DNA from: Hydrolagus colliei
Lineage: Eukaryota
DNA: 64,000 bases
Direction of reading: 5' to 3'
NCBI GenBank assembly: GCA_035084275.1
Contig: CM068747.1
Coordinates: 23,250,001-23,314,000, forward strand
Part shown: in pieces, positions 37,448 through 48,451 of the stretch
How positions within the stretch are numbered: position 1 is the first letter of the stretch
How the letters are laid out: every line of letters starts with the position of its first letter
Notes under the pieces: generated by a model
Database searches by the model: none
What the model saw: the letters and a program-made list of their open reading frames with translations, nothing else
Told to the model about the DNA's origin: nothing
Translations under genes and position numbers: made by a program

Positions 37448-37616
37448 GTTTGTTAAATCTATATTTTTTGTACTTGCCAACTTGCAACTGCATTCTGCTA
37501 TTTAGCTGATCTAATTTATCTAATCGAAGTGCTACTGTAAGCACTTTAAAATACCTTGAACATGTGATAAGGCGCTTTATCAAATGTAAAAATTATTATA
37601 ATTATTGTTATTACAG

Positions 37617-37895
37617 AACCACCAACATTTGTCCATGAATTGGTGCCTTTGGAAGTCACACTTGGTGATGCAATATCTCTGTCGTGCATCCTGACTGGAA
37701 CCCCTGAAATTAAAGTGTCTTGGTACAAAGGAGACACTAAGCTGAGAACAATGCCTAACGTTGGGATGGCGTTTTACAACAATGTGGCCACACTGGAACT
37801 GAAGAAAACAGCTTTGAGTGACAGTGGAGAATATGTTTGCAAAGCGGAAAATAGAATCGGTAGCTGTTCCTCAATGGCCACGCTGACTATACAAG
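37617..37895 (+). CDS. TTN: Titin Ig exon, 10-Ig SR H
   Basis: 279 bp; EPPTFVHELVPLEVTLG..WYKGDTKLR. Confidence 0.95.
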
Positions 37896-37984
37896 GTGAA
37901 CGCTGCTTTGCGGTTTGATGTGTTTATGCTAAACTCAATTGTTTGTCTGGACGTCTTAATCTTTTTGTTCTTCCAAAAATGGAT

Positions 37985-38372
37985 GTCAGCTTGGCTCAGT
38001 GGTAGCACTCTCACCTCTGAGGCAGAAGGTTGTGGGGTCACAAAGGAAATAATTGTCTAAGATGTCACTCCAATGTGGCGCTGTTGCATTGCCAGATCTG
38101 CCGTCCTTCGGATGAGATGTTAAACATAGGTCCCTGTTCAGGTGGATGTTAACAATCCCACGGTACTATTAAAAAAAAAAGAAGGGCATTCTTCTGGTGT
38201 CTTGACCTACAGTCCCCCAAATAAAATTGGTCATGTTTCATGGCTGTTTGTGGGACATTGCTGTGTACACAATTGCCTGCAAATTCACAGTCACTCCATT
38301 ACACAGTAAATTCTCTGAAGCTCTTTGAGATGTCGTGATAAGGGGCTGTACCAAAATGCAATTATTTATTTA
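37985..38372 (+). mobile_element. Deu-domain tRNA-SINE (SacSINE1/AmnSINE1-like)
   Basis: A-box TGGCTCAGTGGTAGCACTC; TGCCGTCCTTCGGATGAGATGTTAAAC..CAGGTGGATGTTAACAATCCCACGGTACTATT..GCTGTTTGTGGGACATTGCTGTG. Confidence 0.8.
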
Positions 38373-38431
38373 TAAAATCTCATTAACCCAAGGCTTTTAA
38401 AATGCTTACTTTATGACTATCTATTTTGCAG

Positions 38432-38719
38432 AACTTAAAACTCCACCTTCTTTCACAAGAAAATTGAAGAACATGGAGGAAACCGTGTGTCGGCCAGTGA
38501 AATTTGAATGCCGCTTGTCTGGTTCGGCTCCAATTGAAACTTCTTGGTTCAAAGACGGTGTGAATTTGTCCAGTGGAGGAAATGTAACAATATATTTTGC
38601 AGAAAACCTGGCAACTCTTAATATTCTTAATGCTGGAATGGCCGATGCCGGTGAATATACTTGCAAAGCTTCCAACATGGTTGGAAATGCCTCATGTACT
38701 TCAACACTAACTATAAAAG
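38432..38719 (+). CDS. TTN: Titin Ig exon, 10-Ig SR I
   Basis: 288 bp; ELKTPPSFTRKLKNMEE. Confidence 0.95.
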
Positions 38720-38891
38720 GTTTGTTGGGTTAAAGCATTACCAATCGCCTGCAGATTTTAGTCTCTATTCTTATCTTTTACCTTTGTCTGGAGTTATTCT
38801 GTCATGTACCCGTCTTTGCAGTAAGTCAGTCCTATAGAACTGAAGTATTCAATGATTAGAAATTAATTGTTTTACATGTTGTGACTTTTAG

Positions 38892-39179
38892 ATGCCAGAG
38901 TTGCTCCTGAGTTTGACAAAACACTAGAAGCAATGGAAGTCATAGCTGGGGACCCAGTGGAGCTTGAATGCCATGTAATTGGCTCTACTCCTATCAAAGT
39001 GTCCTGGCTGAAGGATAACCGAGAGATCCGATCTGGTGGTATCTATAAGATGACCTTTGAGAACAATACATCTCACTTGACGATTCTAAAAGCAGAGAAG
39101 GGAGATTCTTGCCAGTACACTTGTCAGGCCAGTAATGACGTCGGCAAAACCTCTTGCTCAGCAGTGGTGACTGCAAAAG
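38892..39179 (+). CDS. TTN: Titin Ig exon, 10-Ig SR J
   Basis: 288 bp; DARVAPEFDKTLEAMEV..KDNREIRSGG. Confidence 0.94.
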
Positions 39180-39384
39180 GTATTGTTCGATAATTCCCAT
39201 TTATGTCTGTCTTTCTCCAAGTGTCTGTCATTAACTAATGAGGTAAAGGTTAAAGAGTTGCTGTTTAGCCATATGAAAAATCTGTCGGGTGAAACTACTG
39301 GATTAGTCCTTCAACAAGTCTGTTGCACCAGTGTGTTCAACAGGACAGTGTTGGGAATGTTTAGGATTTTGTTTTATACATTTA

Positions 39385-39590
39385 CCGTTTGAAATGCACC
39401 AAAGGCGATACGCCAGAGGTAAAAATGAAATGGTTCAAGGAGAAAAAATGTAATAACCTTGAGAATAATGTGCATAAAGTGGCCAGTGTAAATGTTCTAT
39501 CTAAGGAGAAGGTGGGTAGCGAGTCAGAGGTAAATGTGCCCTTGAGATGTAGAATGAGAGCAGAAGACTCTTTGACACTATTTGTGTGAT
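39385..39590 (+). pseudogene. Decayed titin D-type Ig pseudo-exon
   Basis: LKCTKGDTPEVKMKWFKE...KVASVNVLSKEK versus D consensus LECTVAGTPELKVKWFKD...KVASLKILSVEK; internal deletions, no splice sites. Confidence 0.8.
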
Positions 39591-39697
39591 GTCCATATAC
39601 ATCAGATATTCTAAAACAATACATTATTAGTAAGATTTGATGTGAAGTTACAAATAATTTCCTGTTTCTGGCTGATAGACTGCACTGTGTTGCACAT

Positions 39698-39945
39698 TTT
39701 AAATCATTGCTACATCATTTGCAAAAAAAAGAATAGACGAGGGGCTTAAGTGTATATGAAAGTAAAGAGATTGGTTCTGTTCGTAACATTGATGAACAAG
39801 GGGAGAAATATTAGATAGTTACAGATATCACATGCTGCATTTTCAAGGTAATACATCAGTTGTCGTGATGTCAATCACTAGAAGTCATAGAGCAGGGCAT
39901 TTATTCTTGAGAAGTGACAAATTGAGGAGAAAATGAAGCATTTAC
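39698..39945 (+). pseudogene. Decayed titin E-type Ig pseudo-exon
   Basis: tgtgttgcacAT (live exon: tgtgttggacAG) then ATCATTGCTACATCATTTGCAAAAAAA..AGGGGCTT..TGGTTCTGTTC..GGCATTTATTCTTGA; aligns by eye to SR3-E and SR5-E with stops and indels. Confidence 0.72.
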
Positions 39946-40467
39946 CAAACAAGACTTGAAAGATTTCCTTGTCATCTAGATAATTTCTAAGGGCCTCTGA
40001 GGCAAATGAATCAACAAATACAGATACAGATAAATCTTTCTAGGTAGTTTCACTTGCTTTTCGTTTGAGTTCTCAGTGAATATCTGTACTCCTCAAGTGG
40101 AGATGTTATTGAATGGAACGTTGATTTGATTTTTGTCACACAATTAGTCTGAAAAAATGCTCCAAACTTGAACACCTTCTACTTTATCCGGGCAACATTT
40201 CAATTGATACCCTGACCAACCTTAACAATTTTCTCGGGAAACTGAGAAATTGAGCCTCTACCAAAAGGGATGAGACTTGCCAAACCCAATTTATGATGAA
40301 TTCCTTCCTTCAGCATGTAGTCAATCGTACATAGGTTGGATTCATAACCAGAGGAGAGCAGAGCATGTGTGAGCACTGTGCCACTAGGGATGTTTCTAAG
40401 TTTTTACTCTTCAGAGGATTTCTTTCTTGGAAGAAAAATTCATGTTTGCTGGGCCTATCTGTTACAG

Positions 40468-40755
40468 AACGTAAAATCCCACCAAGCTTCACGAAAAAGC
40501 CCCTTGAAAGTATACAGGATACAGAAGGCAAGGCAGTAAAACTGGAAGCTCGTATTTCTGGTTCTCAACCTCTGTCTGTAACATGGTTCAAAGATGAACA
40601 GGAGATCTATCAAACTGAACATGAAATATCATTTAAGAATAATGTGGTGCTGTTGAACATGAAGAAAGCACTTCCCATTGATTCTGCTGTTTATACATGC
40701 AAGGCTTCCAATGAAGTGGGATTTGCATCATTTACCGTGTCTGTGCTCATCAAAG
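40468..40755 (+). CDS. TTN: Titin Ig exon (I78-like)
   Basis: 288 bp; ERKIPPSFTKKPLESIQDTEGKAVKLE. Confidence 0.95.
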
Positions 40756-41216
40756 GTTAGTCACCAAAGCAATTATTAATCAATGTGCATGATAACAGTG
40801 GGTGGGAATTTTAATCTGTCGAAACGCTGGTGCCTTTTTTATTTCACGGAATGTCTCTGCAATCTTGATGTGTTTATTTTTCATTCACCTTATTTAATTA
40901 TTCGTACGCTAAGTATCCGTTCAGTGTGGAAAGAGTTCAAATCACGTGAAACTAATTTAAACGGATGAAACTTCTTTTTGGGGCATGGTTACCCAAGTCT
41001 GGGCAAATTGACTGGATTAAATGGTGTGTGGAAGGAGGGAGGTAAGTATTTGCTTTATTAACTAATCATGCAGTGCTCACTTGGTTTAAAAAAAGAGGAG
41101 TATAGTGTGGGTAAGGAGCAGCAATGGATAGCTTCAAGGCATCTACATTTTACAAAGAGTTTGGCCTCATATGATTTTCACTTGAAATGTTGACCATGTA
41201 TTTTTCGTTGCTCTAG

Positions 41217-41504
41217 AGCTTAAAAAGTCACCTGTCTTCGATGTACCACTCAAACCACTGACAGCAACTGAAGGAGAGTCACCTCAGCTTAGCTGTCACG
41301 TCCACGGAGGTGAACCTATTAGGATCCAGTGGCTTAAAGACAGAAAAGAAATAAAAACATCTGACAAATTCCTAATGACCTTCACCAGTGGCACAGCTGC
41401 CCTGGATATCACACAAGTGATTAAGACAGACAGTGGCGACTATCTGTGCAAAGCCATAAACGAGATTGGAAGTGACTCTTGCAAAGCCAAGCTAACAGTT
41501 CAAG
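41217..41504 (+). CDS. TTN: Titin Ig exon (I79-like)
   Basis: 288 bp; ELKKSPVFDVPLKP..QLSCHVHGGEPIRIQWLK. Confidence 0.95.
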
Positions 41505-42394
41505 GTATGCAAGCTGACATAATATATATTATATTGTTGTTCATAGAGGTTTCTTGTTCACTGTAAGAATAATATAGGGAGAGAACTACCATCTATTTAA
41601 TGCAATTTATTCTGGTCACATGTTTAGGCATTTTGTCCAAACTCCTGTGTGGTGAGGCAAGCTTTTATATTTTTCTTCCTTTATAGCTAACTATTCTCAC
41701 TGCCAAATGTGCCCATGTATGTAAATCCATTTTGTCTACCATGCTTTTGTCCCTATGTCAGCAGAAGAAAAAAAATAATGGTTGATCAGGAAATGAGACT
41801 TGGGCTGCACAAGGGGAATTTCAGGAGGAAGTATGGAGATGGATAAGAATGCTTAAACCAAGTGCTTCTGCATGTTGATCAAGTTCCTCATTTCAACCAT
41901 TCAATGATCAATAAAGGCCCTAGTTGTGTGTGTGTCCCACCACAGTATTGGGGACTCTTCTCAAGCATAACAGTGAGCGAAAGCACTATATTGATAGATT
42001 ATATTTATCGTATGAACAGGAGTGTTCAACAACAGGTATCAATTAACAGATTGTTGAGCAATATAATACTAATTATTCTGAACTAAAATACTGTAATGAT
42101 CTTTAAAATTCAATTGAACATATTGGAATGCAAACTGAAATGCCAATCGACTCTAATTTATTTAAAGTTGTCATGGCAAAAAGCTAATTTTCCATTCCAC
42201 ATGTATCCATAACCAAAAGTTTGCTTAATTAGTAAACAATATATGTGACGCTCTTTAGACTTTTTAGCTTTTAAATATTGTCAAGGAAACCTTAACTTAC
42301 TGATCAATTCCTTATGGAAAATTCCAAACTATGCACATTAGTTAAATGCTAAAATAGTTGAATTTCAAATAATGTTTTACTTGTTCTGGTTTAG

Positions 42395-42487
42395 GAAAAA
42401 CCATCCCAGCCAAGAAAGTGGCCACTCCATCAGAACCAGGCAACATCTTCTTCATTGAGGAACCAAAGAATACAAAAGTAGCAGAAA
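42395..42487 (+). CDS. TTN: Titin N2A linker and start of I80
   Basis: 93 bp, ttag|..|gtaagc; GKTIPAKKVATPSEPGNIFFIEEPKNTKVAE. Confidence 0.9.
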
Positions 42488-42551
42488 GTAAGCACACCTC
42501 CAAGTATTTTCTTTATTGTTTATTGAGTTAAAAAGACTTGTGTGTGGAAAA

Positions 42552-42704
42552 AAATAATAATAATAATCCTTGCATTTGATATAGCGCTTTTCATGTCTTC
42601 AAGACATCTCAAAGCACTTCACAGAATATACTGTAAAGTGAATTGACTGTATATTCTGTAAGCAAAATCCGGCAGCCAAATGCGCACAGCAGTTTCCCCA
42701 CAAA
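42552..42704 (-). mobile_element. tRNA-SINE 3' half, antisense
   Basis: (AAT)n CCTTGCATTTGATATAGCGCTTTTCATGTCTTCAAGACATCTCAAAGCACTTCACAGAATATACTG. Confidence 0.85.
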
Positions 42705-42841
42705 TATTTCAAAGGAAGTCTAGTTCGAAGGCAATCTGCGATGTTGCCACATTTGCCACTAAAACCAGAGGTTCTGCAAAAATCAAGAATAAAACGGTAA
42801 AGCGTAATTATTATTGATCTTAACGACATTGTGTGTTTCAG

Positions 42842-43124
42842 AGAGTACGGCAGCGTTCATGGCCAAAGTTGGCGGTGACCCAATACCAAATGTTAAATGG
42901 ATGAAAGGCAAATGGAGGCAAGTAAACCAGGGTGGAAGGTTTACTGTGCAACAAAAGGGACAAGATGCAAAACTGGAAATCAAAGACGTGGTGAAATCTG
43001 ATTCTGGAGAGTACAGGTGCATCGCATCGAACAAGTCTGGTGAACTCGAATGCACTGCAAACGTTGAGGTTGTGGACAAGAAAGAAGTCATCATTGAAGG
43101 TGACCTCAGAGCAAAACTGAAGAA
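42842..43124 (+). CDS. TTN: Titin N2A I80
   Basis: 283 bp, phase 1-2; STAAFMAKVGGDPIPNVKWMKGKWRQVNQGGR. Confidence 0.96.
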
Positions 43125-43673
43125 GTAAGTGTCTTTGCTCAAGTTGGATTGTTTTTTGATCTGCTGACTGTCTGACACACGTGGAAACCCATTGCCATGA
43201 TTTCAAACTAGACCTACAAGTGAAAATCCCAGAGGCATTTGTTGAGCTGGAATATGCACACTCTCTCCCTGGAGGGACACATAATGCTTATCTAATTCCT
43301 GGAAACATTAGTCGTAGGTTGGCAAAAGCTAAGACTTGGAGACCCCAGAGTGTGCATTTGGGTTAACTGCTAGAGTCTAACCAACTAAAACCCTATCGCT
43401 TGGCATTGAGAGCGCTGTCTGCAAATGTTCCTGCTGCTTGTCCAGCTAGGACAAGCCTACCTATTAGGGCTTTGATTTGCAGGGTTTAATTTGGTTTCTG
43501 GGGGCTATTTGAAGGCTTAAAGATGAGGTGTTCATCTTAGTACACTTTACTCTTGAATTTTATTTCCGGGAGTTGACGAAGAAAATAATTTTGGTGTAGT
43601 GTTGTTTCACATTTTTACAAACTTTAGGTTCAGTGATTACATTTACGTTGCTCTGTTATTTTTCTTCTGAAAG

Positions 43674-43857
43674 AACACCTTCCAAACAAAAGGAAGAGGA
43701 ACCAGACAAGGAGATCGATATTGTTGAACTGCTGAGAAACGTGGATCCGAAGGAATACGAGAAATACGCCCGCATGCATGGAATCACTGATTTCCGTGGA
43801 CTTCTTCAAGCGATGGAACAACTGAAAACAAGTAAAGAAGATGAGACTCACAGGGTT
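43674..43857 (+). CDS. TTN: Titin UN2A exon (CARP/MARP-binding insertion)
   Basis: 184 bp, phase 2-0; EIDIVELLRNVDPKEYEKYARMHGITDFRGLLQA. Confidence 0.96.
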
Positions 43858-43977
43858 GTAAGTTACCCTCCCATTCTTTCTCAAAACACTCGTATCACAT
43901 GAATTTTTTTTTAAGTGCAAAAATTTCACTTGATTATTATGCTCACCACTCTCATTCACCGGCTGTGTTTTCTGCAG

Positions 43978-44061
43978 GAGATCGAAACGCGTGAGCGACC
44001 TGCAGAAGAGGAATTTGAAGAACTCATCCATTATCTTCAGCAAAAAATACAGAATGTTGAG
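43978..44061 (+). CDS. TTN: Titin UN2A second exon
   Basis: 84 bp, phase 0-0; EIETRERPAEEEFEELIHYLQQKIQNVE. Confidence 0.94.
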
Positions 44062-44168
44062 GTAACATGGGTCTGTTTGATGCTTAAATAGCAAACAGCA
44101 ATGAGCTATATCCACGTGGTTCTGTTTGAAACCTAACGTTGATGGGGTTTTTTTCCTTCTCTGTCCAG

Positions 44169-44436
44169 CCCGTTGAACTGGTCAAGGATATTGAAGATCA
44201 AACGGTACGCACAAAAGTGGACGCCATGTTTGAATGCATCATAAAGATAAATTACCCAGAAATCAAGCTTTCCTGGTATAAAGGGACCGAAAAGTTGGAA
44301 TCAAATGACAAGTATGAGATTACCGTGGATGGTGACATTCATCGCTTAACGGTCAAAAGCTGTGAATTGAATGATCAAAGCAACATCCGCCTTGTCTGTG
44401 GCCCACACATCTCAAGTGCTAAACTAACCGTTGTTG
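44169..44436 (+). CDS. TTN: Titin N2A I81
   Basis: 268 bp, phase 0-1; PVELVKDIEDQTV..INYPEIKLSWYKGTEKLE. Confidence 0.96.
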
Positions 44437-44558
44437 GTAAGCAGCTCTTAATATAATAATAATTATACTCTTGCGTTGTTAACACTGCGCAAAATATTCC
44501 TTGGAAATTATTTTTCCCGTTACTCATGGGATGTCTTTGGATTTGCTTGTGTCCCCAG

Positions 44559-44819
44559 AACCCATTGTTGAACAACATCTTGAACATCTTTCTGGCAAGG
44601 AAGGACAGATCTGTATCATGGTCTGCCAGTTCTCTCTCCCAAACCTGAAAACCGAATGGTTTAAAAATGGTCGGCAGATCGAGGGACGAGGCAGATATTC
44701 AATCCACGTTTCAAACAAAACACAAAAACTGACTATCAGCGATGTAAAACCCGAAGATCAGGGTAGATTTACCTGCAAGTTTGAACATCTTGAGACATCT
44801 GCTGACCTGAGGGTAGAAG
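44559..44819 (+). CDS. TTN: Titin N2A I82
   Basis: 261 bp; EPIVEQHLEHLSGKEGQ..LETSADLRVE. Confidence 0.95.
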
Positions 44820-44915
44820 GTACGTAGCTCTCAGAATATTATCTCTGTCCACTTGGATTTGTTGCTGATCAACTGTTGGCAGAGAAGCTAACTTTCCTGT
44901 CCTTCTTTCCTGAAG

Positions 44916-45125
44916 CTGAACCGATTGAGTTCACAAAGGCAATCCAGGATATCGTAGTGAATGAACACGAGTCGGCCACGTTCGAATGTGAAGTGTCTTT
45001 TGACGATGCAATAGTAACCTGGTACAAAGACACAATGGAACTTCGAGAGAGTCCAAAATACAGCTTCAGAAGAACTGGCCGCCGTCATTTTATGACTATC
45101 CACAATGTTGCCGCTGAAGATGAAG
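44916..45125 (+). CDS. TTN: Titin N2A I83, first part
   Basis: 210 bp; AEPIEFTKAIQDIVVNEHESATFECEVSFDDAIVTWYK. Confidence 0.95.
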
Positions 45126-45244
45126 GTACGCTCAGTGCAGACGTCAAACGTGTTTCTTCTTTTCTACTGCAGCAAAAATTAATTGTCTGCTCCTGAAACA
45201 AAAGTGTTTTAGTATAAAAGAAATTATAATATTTTATTTTTCAG

Positions 45245-45322
45245 GTGTCTATTCAGTAATTGCTCAACTTGAGCCAAGAGGTGAGGCTAAAAGTACTGCA
45301 GAGCTCTATGTATCGAGCAAAG
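45245..45322 (+). CDS. TTN: Titin N2A I83, second part
   Basis: 78 bp; GVYSVIAQLEPRGEAKSTAELYVSSK. Confidence 0.95.
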
Positions 45323-45428
45323 GTGGGTATGTGTGGAATGAATGAACCTCTTAATTATAATTTGAAAATGCTTTAATGATCGTTTCCTTCTATTGGTTTT
45401 CACTAACATTAAAATCTATTAATTATAG

Positions 45429-45455
45429 ATGTCGTCTTGCAGCCAATGGAACCTG
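45429..45455 (+). CDS. TTN: Titin 27-nt microexon after I83
   Basis: atag|ATGTCGTCTTGCAGCCAATGGAACCTG|gtgagt = DVVLQPMEP; upstream CACTAAC branch site. Confidence 0.8.
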
Positions 45456-45618
45456 GTGAGTATAGCGTTAAGTGGTAGCTTTAAGAGCCTATTGCCCCCT
45501 GTTCAAAATACTTTAATAGTGCAACAAAAAGTACAGGCCACAAGGTTTTGTTTAGTAGTAGTAAAACCTTAGGACGAACATTCTTTTGAGCATTTTGTAC
45601 ATCACCTATTATGATCCT

Positions 45619-45956
45619 GGAGTCGTGGAGCCCAGTGGTTAGAGCACTCGCCTCACAAGCGAAAGACCTGGTTTAGATTCCCAGGAGGGAAAAAATATAA
45701 ATTTTTCTGAACTAAAAATACAAGTTTCCTTACTCCACACACCTTATGAGAATCCCTCAATAACAATGTGCTCACTCAATCTATGACTGTTTGTGGGACA
45801 CCGCTGTGCGCAATTGGCTGCGTTCCGCCCACAAATAAACAGTCAATTCCCTTTACAGTATATTCTGTGAAGTGCTTGGAGACGCTTCACAGAAGACATG
45901 AAAATCGCTGTTTTAAATGAAGAATTATTATTATATTAGCATTAGTATTATTATTA
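45619..45956 (+). mobile_element. tRNA-derived SINE, near full length
   Basis: A box AGCCCAGTGGTTAGAGCACTCGCC, B box GGTTTAGATTCCC, family body, (ATT)n tail. Confidence 0.85.
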
Positions 45957-46479
45957 TCCTCGCCACCAAAGGGATTTCCTTATGACGCACAACTGAATTT
46001 TTAATCCCGTGGTGTTAGAATATGTTTCTACATAATATGTCAGAAAGTCAGCAAGCATTTTCTCACAATTGCTTCTCAAAAGTAGAACTTTAAAGAACAC
46101 CATTCTGTATTTTTTTGGTTTGCGCAATCCAACAAATAACAATGTTAAGGATTTGACCTTTAGCAGTAGAAACCTGACTGTGCGAGTGAAAATTCATGTT
46201 TCTATTCATGTGAATGAAACAGTGAATAATTAGGTAACCCACTGCATTATCTTGCAACATGCTGGTACCAATCACATAATGCTGTGAGTTAATTGGGATT
46301 ACCAACTCTCTAATCCATGCAGTGCATCTCTCCAAGACTTAACTTTGAAATGTGTTAGTAGAGAGTGTAGAATCTGCAAAGGGCCCCTAATTAATTGAAC
46401 ATTGTTAGTATTTTTTTATGCTGCTCGTTTTGCTACATGTAGAATGCATTTTTGCACATGGAGCAATTGAAGGGTGCAC

Positions 46480-46661
46480 AATAATAATGAAAATAATAAT
46501 AATAATCCTTGCATGCGATATAGCACTTTTTTACGTCTTATAGATGTCTCAAAGCACTTCACAGAATATACTGTAACGTGACTTGACTGTATATTTGTGG
46601 GTGAAACGCAGCAGCCAATTGTGCACAGCAGTGTCCCACAAACAGTCGTGGATTGAAATGA
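46480..46661 (-). mobile_element. tRNA-SINE 3' half, antisense
   Basis: Reverse complement of the SINE body and tail (GCAGCCAATTGTGCACAGCAGTGTCCCACAAACAGTCGTGGATTGAAATGA). Confidence 0.85.
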
Positions 46662-47685
46662 GAAATGAGGTGAGAGAGAGGGGAGAGAATTAGTGGAGAA
46701 AAAAATTAGCTAAAGTTTTACACTGGCGACGCATTCCTTTATTATAAGGGTTATTTCCAAACACTAAAGGAATAATGGGTCAAATGGCCTCCCTCTGTGC
46801 TCTAGGATTCTATGACTATTCAGCTAACGACCTGAGCCAAGGGAATTGCGAATCAGTGGGACTATCCATGCTATGTTTGAAAAAGTGGTGTGGAAAAAGA
46901 ACCATTGAGGATGCAGTCAATTCTTGGATCAATTTGACAATCAACATCTTATAGAGGAGGAGGAACTCTAGGGAATTAACTAAGCTATGTTCAAGCCTAG
47001 TGGATTTCTCTCAATTTTGCTTTCTGAAAGGAAAAATGCCATCCTATTTTTAAGATGGAGAAAAATTCATAGCATAGCAAAATGGTAAGACACACTCAAA
47101 GAGCTAAGCCGTGTGGTGAAATGCTCAGCAGAAATACTCCATCATTATTCCAGAGGAAAGCACTTCCGTTCGGACTTTACCTGGAAACAAATCGAAAGGT
47201 TTCTGAAGAGATTCTGGAGAGATTATTCAGTCGGGAGTAGATAGAGAGTATAAATTTGAACCCAGGGTGTCTCAGATGAACCTTGTAAGTTTAAAGAGAG
47301 AATTGTATCACATCTCTCAATACTTCCAATATGGTTGGAAATTAAAAGAATAGTGTCTGACACGACAATATTTCCCTCAACATGTGGGTCATTTGGCATT
47401 GTGAGAATGATCAACTCTGATTGATTCTGCCTTTTATCTGCCTGAGAAATATGGTCCCATTGCTTCGCATGTTGGTAATGCAGTTGCCATATCCTTGGGA
47501 TTTAAATAATAATTAAGAACTGCTTTGAAATTGGTCCTCATCGTAAGTATATCACCTCGATCACTTTATTATATGCACTAAACTCCTAGAAGACTGCAGC
47601 CTGATGTTTCTGTAATTATATTCTATCTCTGGATGTTCGGGATTAGTTGATATAAAATAATTAAGGCTTCTTTTCTATTCTGCAG

Positions 47686-47724
47686 ATGTTCCTGATATTG
47701 GAATTTCAACTGAAACAGTACAAG
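47686..47724 (+). CDS. TTN: Titin 39-nt linker microexon
   Basis: ttctgcag|..|gtaaag, phase 1-1; DVPDIGISTETVQ. Confidence 0.8.
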
Positions 47725-47988
47725 GTAAAGACTCTTAACCACTGTGTTGAAAATTCTGTAAAATTAATGTTTTGCTAAAATAGTTTGGGGTCAAATAAAT
47801 CCACAACTTTTAGTAATTACTGTTTATTAGTCCGAATAATTTGATGTGCCGAATTAATTCATTGACTTATATAATGTGTCAGATGACTATCTGAGATATC
47901 TTGGGGACCCATTTATTTTGGATTATATAAATTGAAATCTCTATCTTAATTTGCTATTTATACTTCTGTGTTCGTCCCTATTTTGCAG

Positions 47989-48015
47989 TAGAACAAAAAC
48001 GCATAAAAGAAGAAG
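47989..48015 (+). CDS. TTN: Titin 27-nt microexon
   Basis: ttttgcag|TAGAACAAAAACGCATAAAAGAAGAAG|gtacgt = VEQKRIKEE. Confidence 0.7.
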
Positions 48016-48364
48016 GTACGTTACGTTTGTGCTAAACTCCAGAGCTAAGTATAAAAATGCAGTAAACCAATGAGATGCGCCCAACCCTCCTCTACTTAAT
48101 AAATATTTCATAAAATAGTGTATCTGAAATAAATGTTCTTAGCAAAACAAAAACTAATGTTCTTCATGCTAAAAATATCATAATATGCTTCATCATTCTC
48201 ATTTATCATAATGTAATATTTACATAATAATATAATTGGTGGAACACATTAAGTTTCTTGCAACAAATGCATACTTTTTTCTTGATTGTAATGTTTGGCT
48301 TGTTTCCTTTTGAAATAAAATCTGCTGCTGGACTTAAACTAATAATATACGAATATTTCAATAG

Positions 48365-48451
48365 TTACAACATATCATGAAGAGATATATGAAGAGACAC
48401 ATGAAGAGTTTTTCTATGAAACACATGAAGAGGAGATCACAGAAATCAAAG
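48365..48451 (+). CDS. TTN: Titin PEVK Glu-rich exon
   Basis: 87 bp; VTTYHEEIYEETHEEFFYETHEEEITEIK. Confidence 0.82.

Noticed and set aside
46850-47420. Purine-rich intronic block that might be an extra exon or element
   Set aside because: No open frame with usable splice sites and no recognisable motif; cannot be classified by eye
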